The notes beneath the pieces are model-generated. The model was not told the origin of the DNA, did not search any database, and worked only from the letters and a program-made list of their open reading frames with translations. The position numbers and the translations under genes were made by a program. 64,000 bases of DNA, taken from assembly GCA_963696385.1 (NCBI GenBank), contig CAVOKF010000003.1, positions 32,001 to 96,000 on the forward strand. The letters are read 5' to 3'. This stretch comes from an uncultured delta proteobacterium (GTDB lineage Bacteria; Myxococcota_A; Polyangia; Polyangiales; Polyangiaceae). Below, in pieces: positions 8,814 to 21,106 of this stretch (its first letter is position 1; the number at the start of each line of letters is the position of its first letter).

Positions 8814-9869
8814 TCAGCGATGTCGCTCAGCGCCAAACGGATCCAGCGCTGGATCTATGACGGGGGCGTCTTGCCCGTGCTTTGCCTCGTAGAGGGTGCG
8901 CGCTAGGGAGTCGAGCAAGGCGGAGCTTTCGACGTCGCGCACCCACGTTGCGCGGATCGCAGGCAGACCCCACGCCGCACCGGCAATAGCGCCAGCGATG
9001 CACGCAATCGAGTCGCTGTCGCCCGAGGAGTTGGCGCCCATGAGTACGGCGGCGCCGAAGTCGCCCTGGGCACGAAGAACGCACCACAAAGCGGTCGCGA
9101 CCGCCTCCTCGCCGACCCAAGCGCCGCCGAGCACCGAGCAGACGTCGTCGGTCTCCAAGGCTAGAGTCGGCTCGACGCGGTCGAGGGTGGCGAGCATCTG
9201 CCGGTTGCCGATCGATCGCGCGAGCGCCGGCTCGCAGCCCGCTTCGAGCAGGATTCTTTCGTCCACGCGTTCCACGTGAGCCCGCACCGAGGCCACAAGC
9301 CCGGCGAGACTTTCCGACCGAAGCGCGGTCGCCACCGCCGCGGCGGCTGCCACAGAGCTGGCAATGCCCGTGGGGTGTCTGTGGGTGAGCGCGCTCTGCG
9401 CCGCGGCCGCGCGGACCAGGGCATCTGCGTCCTCAGCGAAGTAAAGGCCGAACGGCGCGGCGCGCATCGCGGCGCCGCATCCCTTGGAGCCGGCGACTCC
9501 AGCGTTACGCCAGCTCGCGCCCGCTGCAAGCGCGTGACAGCCGGCCATGCATGCGCCTCCCGGCGCGCGATCGTTGGCCGGCGAGGCCGCCCATGCAACG
9601 AACTCACTGGCGAGGATCGTCATCAGTCGATCGGTCCCTGCGTGTCCGGCTCGGATCAGGGCGCGAGCCGCCGCGATGGACATCTGTGTGTCATCGGTGA
9701 AGGTGCCCGCCGGATGGTTTGCGGTCGCTTCGAATGTGGCGACGCCGTGGTTACCCCAGCGAGCCCGAATCGCGCGGACGCTCGGAATGAACTCCGTCGG
9801 ATGCCCCAGGGCGTCGCCCACCGCGAGCCCGATGATGCATCCTCGAAACCGATCGATCTCTGATGCCAT
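8814..9869 (-). CDS. ADP-ribosylglycohydrolase (DraG/ARH family)
   Basis: GLAVGDALG, FTDDTQM, GCGAAMR, GDSDSIACIAGAIAGA. Confidence 0.92.
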   Translation of the reverse strand: MASEIDRFRGCIIGLAVGDALGHPTEFIPSVRAIRARWGNHGVATFEATANHPAGTFTDDTQMSIAAARALIRAGHAGTDRLMTILASEFVAWAASPANDRAPGGACMAGCHALAAGASWRNAGVAGSKGCGAAMRAAPFGLYFAEDADALVRAAAAQSALTHRHPTGIASSVAAAAAVATALRSESLAGLVASVRAHVERVDERILLEAGCEPALARSIGNRQMLATLDRVEPTLALETDDVCSVLGGAWVGEEAVATALWCVLRAQGDFGAAVLMGANSSGDSDSIACIAGAIAGAAWGLPAIRATWVRDVESSALLDSLARTLYEAKHGQDAPVIDPALDPFGAERHR

Positions 9870-10003
9870 TCCAGTTTCTCCCGAATCGCAAACGCGAGTG
9901 CCGCTTAATTTGATCTGCCCCGACCATGGTTGGGGCGTGGCGACCTTTTTCCTTTCAGGCAGAGGGGCGGCCGCTCGCGAGTACGGCCTACACGGGCACC
10001 GTG

Positions 10004-10794
10004 TTACGTGTTCGCTGCTGCCTCGCGCGGACGGGCGAAGAGCTGGTCCTTCATTTGGGGCAGGCGCTTCTGGCGGAACGCCGTGGGCAGGCGCGGGTCG
10101 TCGACGATCGCCTCGGCCGGATCGACGCCCTTCATTCGATAGAGCTCCTTGGCGTGGTGATCGCGCATGCTGAAACGGAAGATGCGCTCGTTCAGCTTGA
10201 GAACCGTGCGCGGCGGCTGCTCGGCGTCGATCCGCCCGTCGAGGACATCGAGCATGTACTCGCGTGCGCAAAGGATCGACACCCGAAGCTGCTTTCGCCC
10301 CTGCTCTGTGTCATAGGCGCCGGGCAGCCCCACGGTGTTGTGCACGCGGCTCTCCATGGAGAGCACCGGGTGTATCACGTAGAAGCGAACGCCCGTCGAC
10401 GCGCCCGCGTCGTCGACAATCTCCACCGCGAGCGCGGTATCGTGGACCTCGGCGCCGTCCAAACCGAAGGGGGCGGACACGACGTCGAGTGTCCGCGAGA
10501 CTCCGTCAGCGTCGGCGAAAACCACGGTACCGCTATTCGGCGTGGCGTCATCGGACGTGGCCACGCGCGCTCTACCGTTCAGGCGCTCCGCGCAGATGCG
10601 CACGGACCTCTGGCGCCGCAGAAGTCGATGTCCTTGCTGGTGAAGGGCGCGTCGCGCGCCACCGTCGGCACGCGGTGCTCGTAGACGTGCGCCCAGAAGT
10701 TCACCGCTTGCCCGCCGACGAGGACGAGGTCGCGTCCGAGGTCCTCGACCTTCGCAAGGATGGGCCGAATGTCCTGGTACGCGAGGTCCGTCAC
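10004..10794 (-). pseudogene. Nucleotidyltransferase-fold (AbiEii/MNT-like) protein, frameshifted near 10612
   Basis: LVLVGGQAVNFW...TSKDIDF in one frame continues as RSVRICAERLNG...YVIHPVLSMESR in another. Confidence 0.65.
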
Positions 10795-10976
10795 TCGAGA
10801 GGCTTCGCCCCGCGCGAGCTGATGCGCACGTTCGGGAACACGAAGTGGCCGTTCTCGCGTTGGAGCTGTTCCCGGCTCTTCTCGCGGCAGGCGAGCGCGC
10901 GAGCGTCCTCCTCGCGAGAACGCTGCTTCTCGCGGGCACGCTCCTTCGGGTCGAAATGCTCGATCTCCTTGGCCAT
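10791..10976 (-). CDS. Small 61-aa protein coupled to the nucleotidyltransferase (putative antitoxin)
   Basis: MAKEIEHFDP...SREEDARAL...RENGHF; GTGA overlap with the downstream gene. Confidence 0.55.
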   Translation of the reverse strand: MAKEIEHFDPKERAREKQRSREEDARALACREKSREQLQRENGHFVFPNVRISSRGAKPLE

Positions 10977-11118
10977 CCGGTAAAAATACGGCTCTCCTGG
11001 CCGTCGCGCAAACGGGGGCCCGTGTCGAGCCACGCACGCAACCTGTGACGTCCCTGCGCGCGCTTCAGCTTGAACGGCAAGCGCACGAAGTTTTCGCCGC
11101 TCGACCCCAGAGATCCCC

Positions 11119-12324
11119 GTGGACAATCTGGCCGGCGCGCGGGAGTGTGCGCGCGTCGCCCACGAGTTTTTGCGCAGGGGCGGAGCCGTGCCCAAGGTGC
11201 GCCGCGAAACGGTTCGCGAGTGGTTCGGACGCATGCACGCGTCCAAGCAGGCAAAGGGCCTCGCAACAGTTAAGGATATGCGCGGTCGTGCGGCGCGATG
11301 GGTGTTCCCGGTCTTCGGCGACAAGGGCATGTGCGACGTCACGCGTGTCGACGGTGAGCGGCTCGTCGGTCAGCTGGACGCGGCCGTCGCCGGGTTCATG
11401 AAGAATGGGCCAGGGAACGGGAGGCTCGCCCCCTCGACCGCGGCGAATGTCTGGGGCGACGTCCAACACGCATTCGATGAGGCTGTCAACGCCAAGGATC
11501 CCCGCCTGCGCGTGCTTCACGCGAACCCGCTCCACGGCGTGCGCGGACCGGATGGCGGAGAGAACCGTCAGGGGCAAATCCTGTACTCCGACGAACTGCT
11601 GGCACTGCTCCGTGGCGAGCCCGCCGCCGACCGCGGCCTGGGCGTGCCACTTTATCGGCGCTTAGTCTACGCGATGGCCGTCTACACGAAGGCTCGCGCC
11701 TCCGAGCTCGAAGCGCTGACGGCGGCCGACGTGGACCTGAAGCATCAGACGATCACGATTGCCAAGCAGAGCGATCCGACCACGCAGGGTCGGAAAGGTA
11801 CGAAGCAGACGAAGACGAAGCGCATCCGCGCCATCGATATCGAGCCGAACCTCTTTCAACTGGTGGCGGACCTTGTCGCGCATCCCCAAGGGAAAGGGAC
11901 ACGGCTGCTCCACATGCCGCCTCCCGAAGACCGCGCCAAGCTTCTACGAAAAGACCTGCGCAAGGTGGGCGTCACGCGGGCCGCGCTATTCGTCGAGCAC
12001 GACCCCCTTCAGCGGGCGATCGTCTTCCACGATCTTCGCGACACGGGCCTCACGCATATGGCGGTCCGCGGTGACTCGCCGATCCTCATCCAGTGGGCCG
12101 GCGGACACACGGACTTCAAGACCACGCAGAGCTACATCGCGCGGGGCCAAACCGAGCGCCGACGCATCGGCGATCCCCTTCCGCCGCTTCCGCCAGACCT
12201 CTTGGCCGCTCGAGCGAGTTTAGGATGCGTTTCGGATTCATCCGAAACTATAGATGCTAAGTTCCCGTTCTCACTCGGGAATGTTGTGACCCCAACGGGA
12301 ATTGAACCCGTGTTACCGACGTGA
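11119..12324 (+). CDS. Tyrosine recombinase/integrase at tRNA-Glu (N-terminus possibly truncated)
   Basis: YTKARASEL, FHDLRDTG, GGHTDFKTTQSY; the 3' end reads into the tRNA-Glu 3' half. Confidence 0.88.
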   Translation: MDNLAGARECARVAHEFLRRGGAVPKVRRETVREWFGRMHASKQAKGLATVKDMRGRAARWVFPVFGDKGMCDVTRVDGERLVGQLDAAVAGFMKNGPGNGRLAPSTAANVWGDVQHAFDEAVNAKDPRLRVLHANPLHGVRGPDGGENRQGQILYSDELLALLRGEPAADRGLGVPLYRRLVYAMAVYTKARASELEALTAADVDLKHQTITIAKQSDPTTQGRKGTKQTKTKRIRAIDIEPNLFQLVADLVAHPQGKGTRLLHMPPPEDRAKLLRKDLRKVGVTRAALFVEHDPLQRAIVFHDLRDTGLTHMAVRGDSPILIQWAGGHTDFKTTQSYIARGQTERRRIGDPLPPLPPDLLAARASLGCVSDSSETIDAKFPFSLGNVVTPTGIEPVLPT

Positions 12325-12358
12325 GAGGCCGGTGTCCTAACCGCTAGACGATGGGGCC
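12287..12358 (-). tRNA. tRNA-Glu (CTC)
   Basis: GGCCCCA/TGGGGTC acceptor stem, anticodon arm CCGGC-CTCTCAC-GTCGG, GGTTCAA T-loop. Confidence 0.95.
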
Positions 12359-12428
12359 ATTTACTCGTGGATTCTCGCTCTGCGCATTGGGATGCGCTGC
12401 CCGGGGCGCTTTGATGTAGGCGACCAAG

Positions 12429-12499
12429 CTGGGGGACAAGGACTCGAACCTTGATAAGCGGAGCCAGAATCCGCTGTCCTACCGTTAGACGATCCCCCA
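12429..12499 (-). tRNA. tRNA-Gln (CTG)
   Basis: TGGGGGA/TCCCCCA acceptor stem, GCGGA-TTCTGGC-TCCGC anticodon arm, GGTTCGA. Confidence 0.95.
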
Positions 12500-12630
12500 A
12501 ATACTATCGAAGCGAAGCGCAGGATCCCTCCCGAGAGATGCAGTGTGGGCGTCGCGAGGACGGCGAACACTATCCATACCGAGCAGCTTGTCAAGGACGA
12601 GGAACTTGCGATGGACATCGCGCGCGCCCC

Positions 12631-12693
12631 TTGACCGCGCCCAGGAAAGGCTTAGCTTCCGCGCCGCTAGCGCTCGTTGAAGGAAAGTGCCAA
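12631..12693 (+). promoter_or_regulatory. Sigma70-like promoter plus CIRCE (HrcA operator) before groES-groEL
   Basis: TTGACC-16-TAGCTT; CTAGCGCTC-N9-AAGTGCCAA at 12667-12693 versus TTAGCACTC-N9-GAGTGCTAA. Confidence 0.7.
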
Positions 12694-12762
12694 TTGTCGC
12701 TGCGGGAGGTTCCTGCCACGTCCGAAAGTTGCATCTGGCGAGCGCGTCGGAGGTTTTTCGCC

Positions 12763-13043
12763 ATGAAAATCGTCCACTTACCGATCCGATTGATCATCAA
12801 GCGCGCCGAGCAGGAACAACGACAAATGGCGGCCATTATGATCCCGAACTCGGCAAAGGAGAAGCCCATTGGGGGGGCTCCTCATTGCCATCGGCATGCG
12901 CAAAAAGTGGAAAAGTGCGACCGCCGTGCGTTAGAGTGAGGGATCGTTCTATGTTTTGTAAGCACTCGGGAACCCAAGTGAAACTCTACGGCACGGAGCA
13001 CGTGATCCTCACAGAGGACGACGCCCTGGCCGTGATCGGCTAA
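12763..13043 (+). pseudogene. groES: Co-chaperonin GroES, frameshifted
   Basis: MKI...IPNSAKEKP in one frame and [24 protein letters not shown] in another. Confidence 0.85.
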
Positions 13044-13056
13044 GGGAAGAACAGCC

Positions 13057-14766
<1,710 letters not shown>

Positions 14767-14850
14767 TAGGATTGCAGGAATCCGAGTTCGGCGCGCGACT
14801 CGCCGCGTTGCGGCACCGGCATCGAGGGTGCGCCTTTCCGCGTTGCGGCA

Positions 14851-15842
14851 CTCGCCAAACTCGCAGCGGTCGAAGAGGGTATTGTTGCCGGCGGCGGAGG
14901 GCCGCCGCGGCGCTCGAGCGGTTGGCTCTCTCGGGCGACGAGGCAAGTGGCGTGAGCCTTATCAAGCGTGCGATTGAGGAGCCATTGCGGCAGATCGCGG
15001 GCAATGCGGGTGTGGAGGGCGCAGTCGTCATCGAGAGCGAGGGCGGGTCGGGTAGGCGAGAGGCGCGGGTGGTTTAGGTCGTCGCTTGGCCGTAACTGCG
15101 GTTTCCCGCTTCGTGCCCGTTTAGCGGCAGCCGTGCTCCCGTTTCCTCCCGCATTCCCGTCGCCTCGCGCGGTTTGTCTGCGCCCTTCGTACTCTCCAAG
15201 CCAGTCGCCGGTCCTCGCTCTGTGTCGAGGGACGCTGGCGGGTGGAGTACCGCTGTTCGAGCGGCAAACCCCGCTCTACCCCAGGGGCCCTCGCTCCGGT
15301 CCGGGTTATAGTGTCCCGGTCCATCAACGCTTATTCGGCCCCATCCGCCCCACTCGCCCGCACATCGCGACTTCGCCGCTCGGCGGCTTATACGCGATGC
15401 CTTTGCTGTGCGGGTGCGCCTGGGCTGCCCGCGAGTGGTTCCGAGCTTTTGCTGACCGTTCTGTGCCGTCATGTCGTCCCCTGCGACCCCGGAGAGCTCG
15501 TCGGCTGCATGAACCAGTTCTTCACCGACGACTTTGGCCTTCGCCGACTGAAAAACGGCTCGGCGCTCTCGACACTCCCGGCATCCCCTTCAGCCGGGCC
15601 GTTGATTTCGAGGCTTGTACGGTTCGCTTTCGCTACGACCTGACGACTGGCTCGCCCCCCTGTGTTGGATCCGGCCTGCAGACAGCCGACGGGGGCTTTT
15701 ACTCCCAGGCTTTCGCCGATCCGATCGCCCTTCACGGCGCTGGGTATAACTACGATGGTAACTGGTTGATTCCATCGGCAAGACTTTCACTTGCAAGAAC
15801 GGCAGCTAGCTTCGCTGCACTTTCGGCTTCAACGCTGCGACG
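14851..15842 (+). pseudogene. Duplicated, internally deleted groEL 3' fragment interrupted by an intron
   Basis: 14851-15046 and 15821-15842 copy pieces of groEL 14161-14499; the downstream intergenic sequence (14773-14850) recurs at 15843-15920. Confidence 0.88.
15047..15820 (-). mobile_element. ORF-less, internally deleted group II intron
   Basis: 5' end GTGCAGCGAAGCTAGCTGCC...GTGAAAGTC; 3' end ...CGCCTCTCGCCTACCCGAC; the flanks rejoin exactly to groEL sequence with no target duplication; no RT ORF or clear domain V. Confidence 0.8.
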
Positions 15843-16108
15843 TGCAGGAATCCGAGTTCGGCGCGCGACTCGCCGCGTTGCAGCACCGGCCTCGAGGGTG
15901 CGACTTGCCGCGTTGCGGCACACGGCAGTGGAGGATTGCAGTAATGCGCGACTCGCCGCGTTAATGCGCGACTCGCCGCGTTGCGGCACGGCGATCGAGG
16001 GTCCGGGTGGCGCTTCGCAACGGATAAAGGCTGACCTTGCGCTCTTACCGCATGTGAGGCCCCCCCCTTGCATCCGGCCGCCTCCGGTCTCAGATAGAAT
16101 CCTTCCCC

Positions 16109-18589
16109 GTGACGCAAACTCGCTCGGAGCTACCCGCCCCGCCCACCCTTGTGCCCACCGTCGAAGGGCTCGAGGACGACCCGGAAGGAACACGTATCGT
16201 TGGAGAAGAGATCAGGCTTTTCTCTACGGTGAAACGGGTGCTGGACGGATCCGGTCACACGGACATTTCTGCGGCGAAGGGGCGCGCAATGGACGACGAA
16301 CGGATGCTGGAGCTACGGGACCATGTCGCGGTGGCCAAGCCCGAAGACCTGCCCGCGCTATTCGAGCAGATGCATAACCTGGGTGCGCTACGCGCCCATC
16401 GAGGGCGCAGCGTCCAAGGCTCGGTCGACCGTTCGAGTCCTTACTTCGCGCACATCCGTCTCGAGGAACAGGTCGCGTGCGGAGCCTTTGATCGAACGCC
16501 GGCGGCGCGGGGCAAGATGAGCGCGCGCCGGCGCGACATACTCATCGGAGCGCGATCGTATCTCGATTCAAGCGAGGGCATTAGAATCGTCGACTGGCGT
16601 CACGCGCCGATAAGCCGAGTCTACTATAGATACGCCGAAGGGGATGAGTATGAAGAAGAGCTAGGCGACCGATTGATCGAAGGTCGCGTGCTCATTCGGC
16701 GCGGGGTGAGTATCGTTCACCGGGAACTCGTTCGCGTTTCAGCACCGCAGGGGACCTTTCTGAAAGGGAGCAATGGTCATTGGGGGCGAACGAGCGCCGA
16801 GCGCGCACTCCTGGAAACTGAGGCGAAGTGGGCCGCGCGTCACGGCGTCGCCGCTGAAGCGGGTCTCGGGGTCGGCTCCGACGGCCGAATGCGTTCAGAC
16901 AAACACCTGCCTGCCATTGCCGCGCTACTCGACGAGCGTCAGTACGAGCTCATAACAAGGGACGCGAAGGGGCTCGTGGCCATCCAAGGGAGCGCTGGCA
17001 GTGGTAAGACCACCGTCGGATTACACCGAGTTGCGTACCTCGCGTTTCAGGAGGCGCAGCGCTTTCGCCCCGACAAAATGTTTATTGTCGTACCCAACGA
17101 CGCGCTTGTCCATTACGTGTCACGCGTCTTGCCGTCGCTGGGGGTCGAGGGCGTTCCCGTATCGACCTTTGCCGGTTTCGCTTCACGCCTAGTGGGGCAG
17201 CTGTTCCCCCGACTCCCGACGAAATTGAGCGACGAGACACCGGCTGTCGTAGCGCGGGCGAAGTCGCATGCAGCGATGCTGCGGGCGATCGAAACGTACG
17301 TCGGCCGCACCACACGCGTGGTCGACGAGAAAATTCATTCAAGTATGACGAAGTGGCCGGATGGTCATCGCGTTGCGGCCGCGTGGGCGGCGACGGGTGC
17401 GGCCGCGGTTGCCAGCTCCCCGGAAAGCCAGTTGGCCTGCGATGTGCGGGTGTCGATCTTGGCCCAGTGGCTCGGGAACAAGCGAACAATCGCGGGCGTA
17501 AAGTCGGCTTTGGAGGTACCCGACGTTACGCGAAGCGCGGCCCAAGTCCTTCTCGGCGAATTGCGATCGGTCACACGGTCCGTGACGGGCCTGTGGGACG
17601 AAATCCTGACTTCGCGCGAAGCGCTCAACGAGACCTGGGCGTCCGAAGCAACGTTCAGCGCGTCGCAGCTCGAACAGGTGCACTCCTGGTGTGTGCGCCA
17701 GTCGCGCGTGCGGTCAGAAGGAGAACGCGACGGGGAAGAGCCCACCCTCGACGCCGAGGATTACTCGCTCCTACTCCGTTGTTGGCAGGCGCTTCGCGGT
17801 CCGCTAGTCGACCCGGAGGCGAAGCCAATTCGATTTGCCCACGTCTTCATTGACGAGGTCCAAGACGCAAGTCCAATCGAACTGCGGGTTCTTCTCGAGC
17901 TGACTGGTAGCGAACGTTGCATTACCCTCGCAGGTGACGTGGCGCAACGCCTGCTCGACGAAGCGGACGATCGTGGCGAATTCGATTGGAATGGGCTGCT
18001 CGATGACCTGGGCGTTTCACATAGACGTATTGAGCCCCTGCGCGTCAGCTATCGCTCGACCTCGCAGATAACGGCCTTTGCGCGCACGGTCCTCGGGCCA
18101 TTGGCGCACGATGACGCGCCCCAGACGACGCGTAATGGGCCGCCCGTCGAACTCTTCGAGTTCGGATCGATCGGCGAAACCGTGGCCTGGTTGGCGGAAG
18201 TGCTTAAGCAGCTTGCGCGCGACGAGCCCGATGCGAACGTCGCTTTGATTACACGCTTCGCGCAGCAGGCAGATGTGTACTTCGACGGCTTGCTCCGCGC
18301 CGAAGTGCCGACCGTGCGGCGCGTCGCCAAGCAGGATTTTTCTTGGGAGCCTGGAGTTGATGTGACCGACGTGCGCCAGACCAAGGGTCTCGAGTTCGAC
18401 GAGGTGGTTCTCCTGGAGGTTACGGCCGCTAGCTATCCCGTGTCGCCGCAAGCGCGCCACGCGCTTTACATCGCGGCGACACGCGCGTCGCACCAACTTT
18501 GGTGTGTCGCGAGCGATGCGCCCTCGCAGCTTGTATTGCAGGGCCTGGATGGACCGGCGCCGGCGCCGAGTTCACATAATGTTCCTTAG
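16109..18589 (+). CDS. HelD/UvrD-like superfamily 1 helicase
   Basis: SPYFAHI, IVDWRHAP, GSAGSGKTT, IDEVQD, GDVAQ, SYRST, KGLEFD, YIAATRA. Confidence 0.9.
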   Translation: MTQTRSELPAPPTLVPTVEGLEDDPEGTRIVGEEIRLFSTVKRVLDGSGHTDISAAKGRAMDDERMLELRDHVAVAKPEDLPALFEQMHNLGALRAHRGRSVQGSVDRSSPYFAHIRLEEQVACGAFDRTPAARGKMSARRRDILIGARSYLDSSEGIRIVDWRHAPISRVYYRYAEGDEYEEELGDRLIEGRVLIRRGVSIVHRELVRVSAPQGTFLKGSNGHWGRTSAERALLETEAKWAARHGVAAEAGLGVGSDGRMRSDKHLPAIAALLDERQYELITRDAKGLVAIQGSAGSGKTTVGLHRVAYLAFQEAQRFRPDKMFIVVPNDALVHYVSRVLPSLGVEGVPVSTFAGFASRLVGQLFPRLPTKLSDETPAVVARAKSHAAMLRAIETYVGRTTRVVDEKIHSSMTKWPDGHRVAAAWAATGAAAVASSPESQLACDVRVSILAQWLGNKRTIAGVKSALEVPDVTRSAAQVLLGELRSVTRSVTGLWDEILTSREALNETWASEATFSASQLEQVHSWCVRQSRVRSEGERDGEEPTLDAEDYSLLLRCWQALRGPLVDPEAKPIRFAHVFIDEVQDASPIELRVLLELTGSERCITLAGDVAQRLLDEADDRGEFDWNGLLDDLGVSHRRIEPLRVSYRSTSQITAFARTVLGPLAHDDAPQTTRNGPPVELFEFGSIGETVAWLAEVLKQLARDEPDANVALITRFAQQADVYFDGLLRAEVPTVRRVAKQDFSWEPGVDVTDVRQTKGLEFDEVVLLEVTAASYPVSPQARHALYIAATRASHQLWCVASDAPSQLVLQGLDGPAPAPSSHNVP

Positions 18590-18626
18590 GGGCCTTTAAT
18601 CTGTGGCCTCGAAGCTACGGCCGGTA

Positions 18627-19907
18627 TCAGTCGACGACGGCCGGTCCGTCGACCTTTAAGGCTAGGAGCGTTCCAGAGTCGCTGAGCAAGTATGCGCGGC
18701 CCCCGAATGAAGTCGGCGCCTGAGAGAATCCAGCTCCGAGATCGAAGCCATCGATGGCATGTCCATCACGCGGCGAAAGAAGAAATACTCCGTATCGCGT
18801 GGTGCCGACCAAAATGGCGCCCGCAATCGGTGTCGGCGCCGTGACGCCGCCTTCAGGGACCGGGATGCGCCAAACCGGCCGACCGGTGGCCGGCTCCAAA
18901 GCCCACATTCCTGTCGCAGCGCTGGACGCGAGCACGAGCTCAAGCACGGAAACGGGCGGACCACCGACGACGAAGTCCGGGCTGCCCGAGTTGGCCCTGT
19001 GCGCAGCCTCTCTCCAAACCGTAAGATCCGTAACACCGGTGACCTTGTCGTTCCGCCAGACGGGTACGCCTCGCTCTTCATCGATAGCGAATAGGCCTCC
19101 TGCATAGCTGGCAACGAAGACAACGCGTCCTTGCGCACCGAGATCGTAGGGTACTGGAGTCGTATCGACATCCAGGTAGCGTAAGGCCTCCGCACCTGCG
19201 GACTGCTCGGCCTCGGCGGACAGGTCGATTGAAGGCCATCGCTCGCTGCCGTCTCGCGCATCGTACGCGCCTACTTGTCCGTCGGAAAACGCGAAGAACA
19301 CCGCGCCATGGTCGACCGCCGGTCCAGCGTATCCACTAATCTCCATGCCGAGTGCCGGCGTTCTGTGCACGTGCCAGCTGGTTTTGCCCGACCGGCGATC
19401 GATCGCGAAGAGGTTGTCGGCCGCGTTCGCGAAATAAAGCTCTTCGCCAACGAGCACTGGTCGGCGCGCGACTTCCGCCCCGCTATCGTACCTCCACACC
19501 AGCGTCCCGTCACTAGCGTGCACTGCGTACAGCGCACCATCGTCCGAGCCGAAGTACACCATGTCTAGGTCGGCGTCGTAGAGCGGTTCACTCTGGACAG
19601 CTCCTACAGTTTCGAAACGCCAGATCGAACTCCCGTTGCTCGCGCGCAGCGCATATAGGCCCCCGTCCCTCGTCCCCACGAAGACCCGCCCGCGGGGGGC
19701 GTCGATCTCCGGGCGCCCGCGCTCGTACGCCTCGCCCACAACGCGCGATGGCGCCGTCAATGGCCTTACGAACAGAACATGCAACGCGCCACTCGCGCGA
19801 TGAAACCATAGTGGCTCCTCGGGATTGGTGCGATCGTTTCCGGTTTCCAGTGCGCCACATGCGGCGGTCCAGGAAGCCATCGCGACGACGAGAGCATACC
19901 GCGTCAT
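18627..19907 (-). CDS. PQQ-repeat beta-propeller lipoprotein (BamB-like)
   Basis: Lipobox TAAC; repeated LYAL...G...W motifs; follows a YfgM-like gene. Confidence 0.8.
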   Translation of the reverse strand: MTRYALVVAMASWTAACGALETGNDRTNPEEPLWFHRASGALHVLFVRPLTAPSRVVGEAYERGRPEIDAPRGRVFVGTRDGGLYALRASNGSSIWRFETVGAVQSEPLYDADLDMVYFGSDDGALYAVHASDGTLVWRYDSGAEVARRPVLVGEELYFANAADNLFAIDRRSGKTSWHVHRTPALGMEISGYAGPAVDHGAVFFAFSDGQVGAYDARDGSERWPSIDLSAEAEQSAGAEALRYLDVDTTPVPYDLGAQGRVVFVASYAGGLFAIDEERGVPVWRNDKVTGVTDLTVWREAAHRANSGSPDFVVGGPPVSVLELVLASSAATGMWALEPATGRPVWRIPVPEGGVTAPTPIAGAILVGTTRYGVFLLSPRDGHAIDGFDLGAGFSQAPTSFGGRAYLLSDSGTLLALKVDGPAVVD

Positions 19908-21052
19908 GGTGAGCCCGGTCTCCCCTTGTGCTGCATTTGTCGAATGATCTCTTGGATCTTCTGGTCGTTCATATCGACATTGCCTCCCGGTCCTGCGCCG
20001 TTCGTTCCGTTAATTCTCGGGACCATCGATGGCAGTGCGGTCGGGTCGACTTCCCGGAGCTGGTCCTCAACCACGAACTGCAAATACGCAAAGGGATGTC
20101 CCGCTTCGGGTTCGCTTATCCGGCTTTCGATCTGCTTTAGGACCTCGAGAGCCTTCGTCCTGTCGCCTTTGTTGGAAAGTAGGCGGGCTTGGTGGTACAT
20201 GCCGAGTTCCTTGTAACCGTTCGCGTCGACCGCCTCGAGCGCCTTGAACTCGACGAGCGCCTCGTCCAACTCCTTGTTGCTTGGCGCCTCGGTTTGCGCC
20301 AGGAGCTCATCGGCGAAGCCCATGCCTTCGAGCGCGCGCCCGCGTACCTCGGAGTCCGCCTGGGCCAGGCGGGACGTGCTGACGGCACCATAAGCAGCCA
20401 GAGCTCCTTTCGCGTCACCACCGTCGAGAAGAAGAGAGCCCTCCCCGAGCTGTGCGAGCGTCGCAGCGCCCGTCCGAGCGTACAGCTGCTCGACGCGTCG
20501 GTACTTCGCGAGCGCAGCTTCCCTTCGGTCCGCCGTGGACTTGAAGGTGGGGTAGAGTCTGTTTGTCGCTGAGTCGTCGTCAGACTCGTAGTCTTTGGCC
20601 CCGGCGATGTTGCCAAGATCGTCGGCTATTGCCTGTGCGAGGAGAACGGAAGCGTCAGCGTTGCGCTTGTCTTGCCACATGACCCAGCCGATAGCGCACG
20701 CGGCGCTAAGAACTGACAGAGCCACAAGTCCTGCGAAGCTGGATTGATGTTCTCGGATCCACTTTGTCGTCTGCGCTGCACGCTCGAGAAGCCGATCGGC
20801 TTCTGGAATGGTGTCAACCGACGTCGAGGGCCGCTTGACGCTCCCCTCCCCAATCCTGGTGAGCCGCCTTGACGCTGCCGCCTCGAGGCCCGTCTTTTTC
20901 CGCTCTCGCCTGCGTTGAAGGAGCTTAAGCTCTTCCTCGCACGCAATCCGCTCCGCATCGGTCTCTGAGCCAATCTTGTCGATTCGGGCAGCGATCGCAT
21001 CTGGGCGGAACTTGTCGTCGTCGGTGAACTTGGGATCGTCGTCGTCGGGCAC
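19904..21052 (-). CDS. Membrane-anchored TPR protein (YfgM-like)
   Basis: Single TM helix followed by TPR-like helices; coupled to the BamB-like gene. Confidence 0.65.
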   Translation of the reverse strand: MPDDDDPKFTDDDKFRPDAIAARIDKIGSETDAERIACEEELKLLQRRRERKKTGLEAAASRRLTRIGEGSVKRPSTSVDTIPEADRLLERAAQTTKWIREHQSSFAGLVALSVLSAACAIGWVMWQDKRNADASVLLAQAIADDLGNIAGAKDYESDDDSATNRLYPTFKSTADRREAALAKYRRVEQLYARTGAATLAQLGEGSLLLDGGDAKGALAAYGAVSTSRLAQADSEVRGRALEGMGFADELLAQTEAPSNKELDEALVEFKALEAVDANGYKELGMYHQARLLSNKGDRTKALEVLKQIESRISEPEAGHPFAYLQFVVEDQLREVDPTALPSMVPRINGTNGAGPGGNVDMNDQKIQEIIRQMQHKGRPGSP

Positions 21053-21106
21053 GTTGAGGGCTCCTCGGGCGGTCGCGGCGGAGACAATTTGCGCGACGGG
21101 GCTTCG

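Noticed and set aside
14968..16377. 469-aa ORF and other long overlapping ORFs (e.g. 725-2188, 2534-4087, 57850-58917)
   Set aside because: Shadow frames of GC-rich genes or intron RNA; Arg/Pro-rich with no motifs.
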